DNA of 63,991 nucleotides, filler included, from Sphacelaria rigidula (Eukaryota): the NCBI GenBank assembly GCA_964200075.2. It is 7 parts of 7 records of this genome, joined end to end, with 100 filler letters (N's around TTAATTAATTAA, not from the genome) between each part and the next. Parts side by side here need not be neighbours in the genome. Positions count along the whole stretch, not along the records: positions 45,782 to 54,836 come from CAXNAA020009418.1; positions 54,937 to 63,991 come from CAXNAA020009419.1; 5 more parts are not named here. One strand, given 5' to 3'. The position numbers and the translations under genes are program-made. The notes below the pieces were generated by a model. The model saw nothing but the letters and a program-made list of their open reading frames with translations. It was not told where the DNA came from and did no database searches. This document shows positions 52,238 through 63,187 of this stretch, piece by piece; position 1 is the stretch's first letter, and every line of letters begins with the position of its first letter.

Positions 52238-52700
52238 GTGAGATGTCTCGGACTCGACGAAGTGTACGTATCATTCACGGTGTCTTTGTGTTTGGTGGCA
52301 TTTCCCCCGTGGCCTTGCCAAGGGGAATATTTTGTGGCGTCCTCGCCCTCGCTTTACTTCACGGCGGCTACCGGCTGTCGTCGTACGGGCTGACCAGCAC
52401 GCCGGCTTCCCCGCAGAACTTCTAGCTTGATTTTCCGCCATGGCTTGTCCCTCCATACTCGCAGACGTATTTTCGCGAAATTCCAGCAAGCTAGTTCCGT
52501 CTTCTTGTTTGGGGGTTCCGTAACTTTACGGATCCTGGGATCACTCCCAAGGCAGTCTCCCTATTTCGGGGGTTTCCAAGAATGCAATTTTATGGTCATC
52601 ACTTGTGCTTTCTGTTTTTGCGGAATGATGCTATCATAACTTGATTCTGTCTCCGACTCCCTGTATCATGTCCGTGAACTGGAACCTCCTCGGACGATAG

Positions 52701-52910
52701 GAGCTATCTGAAAACATGGGGCTCAAGAACCTGAGGGAGCGCTTCAATGACCCCTACATGGCGGAGGTTTTCCAAGGGATGTTCCCCACGGATAACCCGC
52801 GCAACACCCGTTTTGCCATCAATTTCTTCACGGCCATCGGTCTGGGGGGGTTAACGGACGGCCTGCGACTGCACCTCAAGAACGCGCCGAAGATGATCAT
52901 GGAGGCACAG
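52701..52910 (+). CDS. CWC22: CWC22 exon
   Basis: [15 protein letters not shown]...[40 protein letters not shown]. Confidence 0.97.
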
Positions 52911-55277
52911 GTGCGTCGGGGTGCCCTGCCTTAAGTTATTGCCTGTTTCATCATTTCCTCTTCCTTTTTTTTCGTCAGCGCGACAAAACTTGGGCGTTGT
53001 TGGGTGCGGAAGCTTGCCTTCTGGGGGAAATGAGTAACACTATACACGATTCAACACGAACATTAAACCGTACTGCCAAAAGTTGGCGCCTGGCTCGTAC
53101 AGCAGTGCAGGCGAACTGGGAACTATTCATGCTGTCGACCGACTGCTGACAGTACATGTATATGCGTTTTATCACCTGTGTTGCGCAGCGCACAAGTAAG
53201 ACATGAAACTCTTCAAGATTTTGTCATTCCACCTGTCCGTACTGACTGCGCTGCTGTTGGGAAAGTTGCACGATGCACTGTGGTCTGTAGCTTGTACCAC
53301 CTCCGTGTCGTCTTCCATGCCTACCTGCATCTTCACAGGGTATCCATCGTGGGACGTGGCGGCTGATGTGTGTGTGATGGTTTTTCTTTGCGTCATTATA
53401 GTTGACACTTGACGGACGAGTGGTAGCCACAAATCCGTTGGTAATGAGGGGAAATGATTGTTTCATCTACAGGGGGTGGTATACAACGTCCGCGGGTGAT
53501 GATCGGCATTTGCCGAAAGTAGCTGAAAGGTCATTACCCGGGGGTTTCATTTACGTAGCGTGTGCGTATACCCAGCACGTGTTTTTTATCGCAATCTACT
53601 GCAATCAACTCTTGGAGCGCCCCGTGTGTTCATCTGGTGAATCGGCACCAATTTCAAATGATGAACAGCTGTCCGTCACTGTTGTCCACCTGCGGGTGGG
53701 TGCTCAAAAGTGTTGAAATTTTGGTATTTTATTTTATTTGGTGATGCCTGTGGCATGTGGTGGAAGAGCTTTGTGTACAATGCGTGTCATCAGCACGATT
53801 TTTTTTATTGTTGACATACAAACGGGCCGCGGGTAGAACTGACTACATGTACACAGGTAATGCCACTGACCTCATGTGTGTGATGGAGCAGTCCAGGGAA
53901 TTGGCACTCAGACAGTAAGGCTACAATACTGCTCGAGCCAGGCATGGGCTTCCATGCGTATACTCTTGAACTGTCTCCAGGGAAATAGTCGCGTTCAGGT
54001 ATACTTGAGCACCTTTCGGACATATTTATGCACATCTCCGTAACCATACAAAATGCCTCAATGTGGCCATCAAATAGGTCGAGAAGGTCAAGTATCTCCG
54101 CATGACCGAAAATGCAGCATGTGTACCTACAACCGTCTACTGTACCTACAACTCTTTCAAGAGGATTTTTTTCTTCCTTTGACGGAAGAAGGAAACCCAA
54201 CCAAACACTTACCTCGCAAAGCGAGTTGAAGGTGGCCAGGACCGGTTCCGGAATTTCGCCCGATAATTACTTGTTAACCGAAATCCCTAGATGCAAAGAA
54301 CCACTTATTACGCCGCAAATGTGGACAAGCCACGGAGTTTCGGTCCAACATATCGGGCAATGAAGCTCGTGTACGCAAAGAGGCAGCAAAACTGACTCAT
54401 TGCTACGCACTTCTGGTTATTTGCCATTACCAAGAGGCGCTTCTGCTGCGCGTTTGCACCCATATTTTCCCCGCTCGACCTCGAAGAAAACTCTGTTGCC
54501 TCGGTACCGCTCCTGGCCACTTTCAGGTGCACGTGCTGCATTTTCGATTATTTGTGAGGTATCTTGCCCTCTCGACCAACTAGATGGCCGCCTTGTGGAT
54601 ATTTTTCACGGTGACGGGGGTGTACATGGGCATGTCCGAAGGGTGCTCAGGTGGTGTCTTAACGCGACCGTTTTCCTTGCGTTGATGTCCCCTCTGTTAC
54701 ACCAGTTGGGGTATTTGAGTTCACAAGGAGCGTTCACCCCAACGGCGTGTATGTGCATACATGTTAACGGGACTGTTATAGATTCATTTAAGTTTTTATC
54801 GACAGCTAATCCGATATAACTTTTTCCCCAAATAATNNNNNNNNNNNNNNNNNNNNNNNNNNNNNNNNNNNNNNNNNNNNTTAATTAATTAANNNNNNNN
54901 NNNNNNNNNNNNNNNNNNNNNNNNNNNNNNNNNNNNCCCCCCCCCACCCCCTTTTCAGAGTTGGCGTTGGTTGGCAACGACGCTGTAAACCACATCACTA
55001 ACTGCTTCAGCTAAGCAACTAGGTCATCGATTTTTTTCTCACGTTCGTTTTGTTTACGGAAACAATGATGGTGAGCGAGTTAGATCATGTTGTCCGGGGT
55101 GGAGAACATTAACTCCGCGCGGTGGGGGTGATCGTACTGCGTAGTGGTTAGCTGGTGAGGCACCCATGAGGCAGTTCCACCCGTGCCTGTCTCTGCAAGT
55201 GAGGGTACCAGAATTGACTCAATCGAGATTGTCATCCATGTTGAAGATACGTAGTACGCCTCAGGTCAAAGAATCGT

Positions 55278-56429
55278 ACGAGCTGGGCCAGCCTAAAATT
55301 TGAGCTCTAAAAGCAATATATCGTCGACACAGACGAGTTGGGCCGTGATCCGCATATCGTATTCATCGTCTAACCAAAGGGAAGGTTCCTATCTGCTTAG
55401 AAGTTTGGGCCCATATTTTCTCGTTGATTAAACCCCATGTCCAGTAATTCCTATACCTAGCGGAGATGGCGTCCATACTAAAATCTTTATGAAACCCCCG
55501 ATCGATGCATTTAGCGGATGACGACGAATTTTGGTGTGGACATTCTCTGGAGCAAGGGAAGACGATATATACCCTCACCTTTACCTAATTCGTTATCTAT
55601 CCCGAGATATGGCGCGCATAAGTTTCCATACTTGAATCAATATATGACGAGCAGAGGCACTAGATGCCCTAAATCTGGATATCGCGTCTCAGTTTTTGAG
55701 AGTTCCATGAAAATTCCGATGGTGAACCGCTAGTGCATAATAGAAAAAATGAAAACAGTTTGTTACCTTTTGTCATTTTCTTTTTTCGTGTTTTTAGTGG
55801 AGTTTTGAGGAGAAATGAACGTTGCTCTTGGGCCTTATCTCAATGTTTGAGCTCAATTTTTAGAATTATGATTTGAAACTTAGCATGGAGGACCACAAAG
55901 TGTGCCGAATAAAAAATATACATGGGCCTTCATTTTTTTTTCAAGAGGTTAGGACGTTCTCGTGAAGAAATACCACACTAAAACGCCCTCAACTAGTGAA
56001 AAAAATGAATAAAAAACTGACCCACTGAGTGTTGTTAATTATCCCCTGGCGGGACCTACACAAAATTTCAATACACAAAAACCAAACGTGGGCCGGTGAG
56101 TGGCCTGCGAAATACTGTTCCGAATTTCTACCGACCCGCTTTTTCGAAGGCGAATGCGCCGGCCAATATTTGGGGATGGAGCATCAAATTTGGTATGGAC
56201 AATGCATGGAGCATCAAATAAAATTTGGTTAAGGGCAATAATCAACTTTCAGGTATCAGTAAAACGCCCTTAACTCACGGAAAAGAAAAAAAAAACTTCT
56301 GGTGCTTCTTTCCAATTTTTTTGAATGCCCTATGCATTGTCCATACCAAATTTGACGCTCCAGCTCCAAATATTGGCCGGCGCATTCGCCTGCAACCTTC
56401 CAATCCGCCTTTAGGCTGGCCCAGCTCGT
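55278..56429. mobile_element. Non-autonomous DNA transposon, perfect 20-bp TIR ACGAGCTGGGCCAGCCTAAA
   Basis: TIRs at 55278-55297 and 56410-56429. AT-rich non-coding interior with an internal inverted pair at ~56148-56215/56325-56391. No clear TSD. Confidence 0.8.
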
Positions 56430-56640
56430 GGCAGGATGCGGATCACTCGTAATGCGACTCGCCGAACACATCACAGCACTTCGTGCTTGGCGATTGCGAG
56501 CCTGGTCCGGCGAAAACCCGGCGTGCTTCGTCCCAGCTTTGTAGTGATGCGAGGTCATTGGTCTTATGACTACGGCATGCAAACTTGTGAGTAACCCCCC
56601 CCTCCCCACACCCTCGACAAAATAACACCATGTCGCCCAG

Positions 56641-57129
56641 GCCATCCGAGCCGCCGAGGTCCACCGTCAAGTCGTGGAGAGGTGTCACCGCGAGCGCGTT
56701 GCCGGGGAATCCCAACTGAGTCGTGAGCGTGCTGCGTGGGAATCCGATCTGCGCAGCCAGCGTGCTGCTTGGGTGTCCGAGCTGCGCCAGGAGCGCGTCG
56801 CTGTGCAGCGAGGGGAAAAGGAGGCGGCGGCGGCACGGCGGGGGTTGGAGAAGGCTCAGCGGAGAGCAGACGAGGCGGTCGAGCTGCGCCGGAAGCACGC
56901 CGCTGTGCAGCAAGAGAACAAGGCGGCGGCTGCGCAGCGGGAGGTGGAGAGGGCACGGCAGGGAGCAGACGCGGCGGTCGAGCTGCGCCAGGAGCGCGCC
57001 GCTGTGCAGCGAGCGGAGAACAAGGCGGCGGCGGCGGAACGCAAGGTGGACAAGGCACGGCGAAGAGCAGACGAGGCGGTCGATGCGGCGGAGGCTTGGA
57101 GAAAGGATCGCGCTGCGACCGCAGTTCAG
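56641..57129 (+). CDS. Putative exon of an unknown coiled-coil protein with three 33-34 aa internal repeats
   Basis: Acceptor cccag, donor cag|GTGGGA, 489 nt open, phase 0-0. The A/E/R/K-rich 'ELRQERAAVQRAENKAAAAERKVDKARRRADEAV' repeat starts at GAGCTGCGCC 56779, 56881 and 56980. Confidence 0.65.
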
Positions 57130-59619
57130 GTGGGAAAGAGGTGGAAAACGGGGGGTACGGTAGGCAGGTGCGGCGGGCTGGGGCACAAACAAGCGGTTGT
57201 CCCATGCAGGTCGAAAGCGCTGTGCACATGGAGTGTAGAGCGTCGTGCTTGGAACAAAGCCGCTCGTGTGCCCACCGTGGTGGATGCGGAGGTTAGCATC
57301 TCGTCCGAATTTGCATAGTTGATAAGGTTATATCCCAAATTAAGCACGAGTGCTCATGGCGATCGGACGAGAGCGGCATGTGCCAACAGAGGAGATGAAG
57401 AGTCCGAGGCCTGTGACAAACGAATTAGCAACGAAAACAGCGAGGCACGTTCTGGTATGCGAGTACTTGTGCTTCGGAGCTGGTGTAGACATACTTGCAG
57501 CAAGGGGGCAAACCATGGCCTACGGGCTACTTGATACAAGTTCCACAGAACTCCGTCAATTCGATTTTGGTGCAGTACCTTGCAGTAGTAGTCGTGTTTT
57601 TGCGTCATGTACCACACCTGCTAGGGTGCTCGCACCACGCTTCGCGGAGTTCACAAACGTTCGCAGTGGTTGTAGTCCTGTAGAGTAAGCACGACTCCAC
57701 TTTGCAGCGTATTTTCCCTTTCCTGTTGGGCTTGAGTACTTCTCCTGTCCAACAGCGTCTGTCCCGTAGCTATCTATCCAACAGGTTTATTTCGTTGCAA
57801 CCGCCGACTAGGAAAATCTGTTTTCATGAACAACCGAAAGCTTTCCTCTCATCACATCGCGAAAGCCGGCTCCTTGGTCGCGCAGACATTGCCCCTCCGC
57901 CTCCAAGTGCCGGACTTGCCCCACTCGGTCCCACATCTGTCATCGCTCGGCCTCCACCTCCTGCTACAGGCCATGCGACATTTCTCGAAGGATACCCACC
58001 TCTGCTACTCGTGCCCTCGGCGCTTCCTGTGTCTGTCCCAACCACGACGATGCAGCGGGGTTCCGCGATTCGGGAAGAGGAGAGTCTCGGATGTCCATGA
58101 AAACAGATTTCCCTAGTCGGCCGCTAGTACGGAGTGCAGCTATCCTTGGCAAGTGTTGACATTAGGCTATCATTCATACCCCGGCCTAACGGTAGCGAGC
58201 ATTCCCAGCCAGAATTCGAAGAAATCAAACAGAAAAGAAGCACGCACGCACCCACGCACGAACACATCCTGTGGTGGCGACTATGTTCTGCATTAGCTAT
58301 CGGCAGAGAATGCGCGCTCGCCTTCCTCCCCCCACCCCACCAGAAAACACGTGACCATCTACACCTTTGAGCAAAGCTTCCTAAACGCTGGAGTCGCCTA
58401 CCTCAATGACTGCCCCGAGGCGGTCTATCCAAGCCTCGGGGTAATTGGCACACAAAGCCGCTTTTGGGATGAGTGTTGGGTGAGGTTTCCTCCTTCCTTC
58501 AAGGAAAAGCAAAAATGTCACGTTCCGAACAAAGCGAAGTCGTTTGTATACACGCTGTACAGGCTGGTCCGAGACAGGATCCAGAATTTTCGTCGGCGTT
58601 CATTTCCCACGCTACTTTTAAGAGTTGCTAGACCGAATTCGACACATGTGTTCCTGGAAGCAAGCCCGAGATCGCCGATGTACTTGCGCATCGAGTTTCG
58701 CTCTGTTATTTTAGCCGCGGGCCCTAGTATAGGACATCGATGAAACCGAGCGGAAGTCCGGAGGCACCAACACCGGGAACGTCGGTTTTGTCTCCAAGAA
58801 CGCGTGTGGAATTGCGTCTCTGGACTCTTGACGGTGGCGTGAGAGATGAAGCATAGGTGACGTGATTCGAGAGTGGAGGTTACACGGGTATTTTCGACGG
58901 CTCATGCAGCAGAGGTCTCTCGCTGAAACCTGTCACCTCTGCGCCAGCATTTCGGGCGTGGTCTTTGCACTCTGCGCACCTCCGATTGCAGGCTTCGCGT
59001 GTCTGCTGACAAGCTCCACAACTGTGCTTCGGAGGCATCGTGCCTCGCCTTTAGCTAACCATTCGCGTAAACACGAGAGAGAGAGAGACAGGGGAAAATA
59101 AGCAGACTTTTTTTCATGTGATGCAACGCCTTGGAACCGATCAAGAAACATGGACACTTGAAGAGTCATACGGCGATGACGGCTGAACTGTTTGGAGGAT
59201 GTCGCTCAGAGTATGTATGTTACGCTGCGAGCATTCGAAATACAGTGACAAATACTGTGCGCTTTGCACACGTGCACACCCCATGAGATCGAACTGCCGT
59301 GTTGCCATCAGCGGTGCCTCGTGACTTGCGGGTACCGATATCTGTATCCTACTACAATACACTGCGGCACGAGAATCATTGTGGGGGAGACAAGCCGTCA
59401 CGTACGCGTGGTCTGTCTGTAGAAGTGTCTGCGGCATACTAAGTACTCTGTAGGTCATGCGATGTAGCTGACACGAATGTTGTTTTCCGGTCCAGGGTTG
59501 AGCGCCCTCGTGTCTTGATATCCCCGTGTTGCTCATGCTGTCCGTTTCCGATAGCACCTATTTTCCGTGCGCTTGGTCCTGTGCCTCGTGAATCGCAAAT
59601 GGCACGATGCGTGCATCAG

Positions 59620-59715
59620 GTCTCCGAGTTAAGGCGGAAGCTTCATGCGTCAGAGGAGGCGGAGAAGCGCTCAAGACAGCGCATCTCCCAGCTGCAGCAG
59701 CAGCACAGTGGGGAG
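59620..59715 (+). CDS. Putative 96-nt coiled-coil exon module A
   Basis: catcag|VSELRRKLHASEEAEKRSRQRISQLQQQHSGE|GTAAC, phase 0-0. Confidence 0.65.
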
Positions 59716-59968
59716 GTAACAACGCCGACGGTGCTTGTGTCGCCGCTTTCACGCCTTGTACTACAATTATTGAGACACAATATGAACATCAATAGTATCG
59801 TTTGTTGCTCAGCGATCGAGTGCAGTCCAGGGCTGAGCGCTCTCGTTTATATATGTCACGCACTGTGTATCCCCGTATTTCTCATGCAGCCCGTTTCCGA
59901 TCGCACCTAACCTGCGTGCGCTTGGTCCTGTGCCGCGTGAATCGCAAACGGCATGATGCGCGCATCAG

Positions 59969-60064
59969 GCCCCTGCTTTTCGCCGCAAGCTTCTTGCATC
60001 GGAGGAGGCGGAGAAGCGGTCGCAACAGCGCAGTGGGCAGTTGGAGCAGCGTCACAACGAGAAG
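59969..60064 (+). CDS. Putative 96-nt coiled-coil exon module B
   Basis: catcag|APAFRRKLLASEEAEKRSQQRSGQLEQRHNEK|GTACT, phase 0-0. Confidence 0.6.
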
Positions 60065-60071
60065 GTACTAC

Positions 60072-60167
60072 CTCCACGTTTTGACGCTGCTTCAACTGCC
60101 CGATGCGCTGTTGCGAGCGCCTTTCCGCCTCTTCCGAGGCGAGAAGCTTCCCCCGAAGGTCGGAGAC
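60072..60167 (-). CDS. Putative 96-nt coiled-coil exon module C (inverted copy)
   Basis: On the - strand: catcag|VSDLRGKLLASEEAERRSQQRIGQLKQRQNVE|GTAGT. Frame and splice sites are intact. Confidence 0.55.
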
Positions 60168-61251
60168 CTGATGCACGCATCATGGCGTTTGTGATTCACG
60201 CGGCACGGGACCAAGGGCGCGAAAAATGGGTGCAATTGGAATCGGGCAGCACGAACTAAGCACCGGGATTTCTGAAATTCCACCTAGTCACTGCGCTGAA
60301 GCAGGAAAACTATGTTTCTTGGACCATTTACGGTCAATGACACCCTCCTGATAAACGGGGTCTTTACCCAGTATCGCCCCCACAACACCCACTTGGGCGA
60401 TTGTGACTTGAGCACGGTTTGCTTATCTCGCCAAAACTATCGACGCTAGCATTTTCGGGTGCTCATGGAAAATGTTATGCGAAAAAAAACGAAAATAGGT
60501 CATCCGCAGAAAACGCTAGACTGAGGTCTGTGCAGTATGGAAGGGAAACACAATCTCGATCGTTATTGTGAAGAATTTTTCACGTGTTGATTTATCTGAA
60601 TATTTACCGTTTCGTCGCTCAAGAGCGGGAAAAGTGCTTATATTGGCAAAAAAACGCTTTCTATAACACCCTCCTGATAAACGGGGTATCAAGTCCGTAA
60701 CGCCCCAAAAACACCAACGTGAGCACTGCAGTTTGAACGCGGCCTACGCTTTCTCCCTAACTCTACCGGCGCTAGCACTTTCAAGTAATGAAAAACGGTA
60801 CTCCAGAAAAGCTCAGAAAAAAGGACAACTACGAATTCTGAAAACTTCTGATGCTGACTATTAAAACTTGAAAGCTATTTGCACATCGAGGCCTAATTGT
60901 GTGTAACATGAGACGGCGCACGCAAACTTTGCAGATACCTGCCACACACTTGCCCGAATCCACCACGAGACTAAAACAGGTTTTACGTTATGTCGGTATC
61001 ATAACCAACCCCGCTCCGCAGATGACCGCCACAAAAAAAACTCGAGTCTGTGGATGATTGCCCGATAGAGGATATTGTTATTAAGATATGTTTATTTTCC
61101 AATATTTTTATTATTATTACTACTTTTATCACCATTATGATTATTTTTTTCATTAGTATCATCATTATTTTCTTTCTCATGTAAGTTTTTCTCTTCTTCT
61201 ATTTTCGTCACTTTTTGTTTTGTTTTGTTTTTTGTTCTTGTTTTCGTGCAG

Positions 61252-61412
61252 GCAACCAACATATCGTACGGGAGTAGCCTTGACATGAGGAACTTTCAGG
61301 GGAACAGAACGGCGGGAATGGTGGAGATCGATTTGTCCAAGGACCTCCCGACGTCTGCAAGAGTACGGGACTTGCGCAACCTCGCGGGCAGGGGGGTCGA
61401 CGCCCCAAACAG
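61252..61412 (+). CDS. Putative exon, unknown protein
   Basis: Long polypyrimidine tract + gtgcag, donor ag|GTAGA. Only one frame is open (ATNISYGSSLDMRNFQGNRTAGMVEIDLSKDLPTSARVRDLRNLAGRGVDAPN). Confidence 0.6.
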
Positions 61413-61561
61413 GTAGAGTATCATTAGACGCCGGTGTACATCGCTGACACGAATCATGCTACGGTAGGGGGCATACTCAGTCGTTCCTCGCCTTGGTCGC
61501 TCGATCATTGATCACGCATCCCTTCTGAGACAGAACACCGCTCCTACGCCCAATAGAGAGA

Positions 61562-61971
61562 TGCTACGGTAGGGGTGCACTTTTTTGGCCAAACCTTGTC
61601 TGAGGTATTTTTACGTTGTGGCGCAAAACGACAGCATTTTCCACAATTTGTTCACGTTCAGAAGCAACTTCATCCGGAGTGCACCACCACAGCCCGAGTG
61701 CGCGAGAGCCTGTATCTAACCCTAGCACGCCGGCCGAGAAATATTCCAACGTTCGGATGAATCATCGGCGATTCGAATCACCGAATCCACGACTTTTTAG
61801 GCCTGCGCCTCTCCGCGTGCCTGGGGTGCGCGTACCTGGGTTGCAACGCTGAAAACAGAGCCCAAGGACTGATTCGTACGGTACGAATCAATTACACTAT
61901 AATCAAGTAATTTCCAGACGAATCATTGATTCGTCCGACCGTTGAAATATTCGCGCACCCCTACCGTAGCA
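61562..61971. mobile_element. MITE with perfect 17-bp TIR TGCTACGGTAGGGGTGC
   Basis: TIRs at 61562-61578 and 61955-61971. Similar termini occur at 17676, 61457 and 63871. Internal sequence is shared with 21640-22165 and 63220-63810. Confidence 0.85.
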
Positions 61972-62307
61972 CGGCTCATACGTGCAGTAGCAAGGCATCT
62001 AGCACCTGCTGTACGCTCGTGAGAGCTTATTTTCTCTTTCTTTTTTGTCACACGTTGTAATTCCAACCCTTAGCATCCCTCGGGACGAGTCCATGGCTGC
62101 GGGGGGATCAATCCGTCTCTCCCCCGGTACACGCCTTATATTTTGGTCTCGCAGATTGGATGATGACTATCAGCACTCCCCTGCCGAGTCGATTGTCGGT
62201 CAAACAACTTCAGCCGAACGAAGCAATGTACTGTAGCTACTGATGTGCTCACGATGTCGACGATGGAAGGCAGAGGCTTCGCAGGAAAGAAGTCATACCC
62301 TGGACAG

Positions 62308-62770
62308 TCGCATCTCAAAACAATCACCTTCAACAAAATCTATGGTCGTGAACGGTCCAAGGGCGCAGGGTACGTACCTCGGTGGTCTAGTACTACATTT
62401 TACACCATAAAGGTTCGAAAACATGGGTTGGATTCCCGCTACATGTGTTTGGTTTGAATCCTTGCGCACCCTGGATAATGACAATATATCACATTGTCAA
62501 AAGTGTACTGCGTATAGTATGGACACCATTATCTCTTGTAATAGGTGCAATGGTCGATACTGCACGCCGTACACTTTCTGACAACGTAATATAGTGTCGT
62601 TATCCAGGGTGCGCAAGGATCTAAACTAAACACAATTGGCGGGAATCCAACCCACGTTTTCGTAGCTTTATGGTGTAAGTTGTAACACTAGACCACCGGG
62701 GTACGTATGCTGCGCCCTTGAAACGTTCACGACCATCGATTTTTTCGAAGGTGATTGTTTTGAGATGCGA
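62308..62770. mobile_element. Palindromic MITE/foldback, ~220-bp arms
   Basis: TCGCATCTCAAAACAATCACCTTC... pairs with ...GAAGGTGATTGTTTTGAGATGCGA. The arms align inward to ~62540. Confidence 0.88.
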
Positions 62771-63060
62771 GGGCCTGCTGAACTGTCGAAGAAGGGACAC
62801 AGTCTCTGATGACACCCACCTAGTTCTCGACAAGGACTGTCCAATTGACATACATAGCTGTTGATGCCACGAGCTCCGTCACTGTCGGCAAACTAGCAAA
62901 TTGAAAAATGATTTATACATCTCAGTGTGCCGTAATAACAGTACAGAAACAGTGGATGCTAATCAGTCACTCGATACTGACGCGTTTCGGTTCGCCATAT
63001 TCCCGTGCTGCATACACTTGACCGTTGCTTCCAAATCCCGCCCCCCTTCCCCCATCCCAG

Positions 63061-63187
63061 TTCTGCGCTGATGCCGGACGTGATGAACGTCATGTTCTTG
63101 CCGCTGTGGGTACCTACTTCCCTGCTCAAGTTTGTGGGGTCTGCGCCGGCGTTGCTGGATGCTGACATCGAGGCCGTCAAAACTCAG
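63061..63187 (+). CDS. Putative exon, unknown protein
   Basis: cccag|...SALMPDVMNVMFLPLWVPTSLLKFVGSAPALLDADIEAVKTQ|GTGT. The phase-2 start is compatible with 61252-61412. Confidence 0.6.

Noticed and set aside
19420-52910. Functional cluster of CHC, RICTOR, RPC2 and CWC22
   Set aside because: Each gene is on a different unlinked contig.
56443-57296. Long overlapping ORFs of 249, 219, 186 and 146 aa
   Set aside because: These are shadow frames of the GC-rich repetitive coiled-coil exon.
59868-60270. Palindrome as an amplification or assembly fold-back chimera
   Set aside because: The arms differ at many positions, including synonymous sites. A technical chimera would be near-identical.
62155-62236. 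Alternative terminal exon after 61252-61412 (RLDDDYQHSPAESIVGQTTSAERSNVL*)
   Set aside because: The acceptor is phase-compatible, but there is no other support. Exon 63061-63187 looks more coding-like. This cannot be settled without RNA data.
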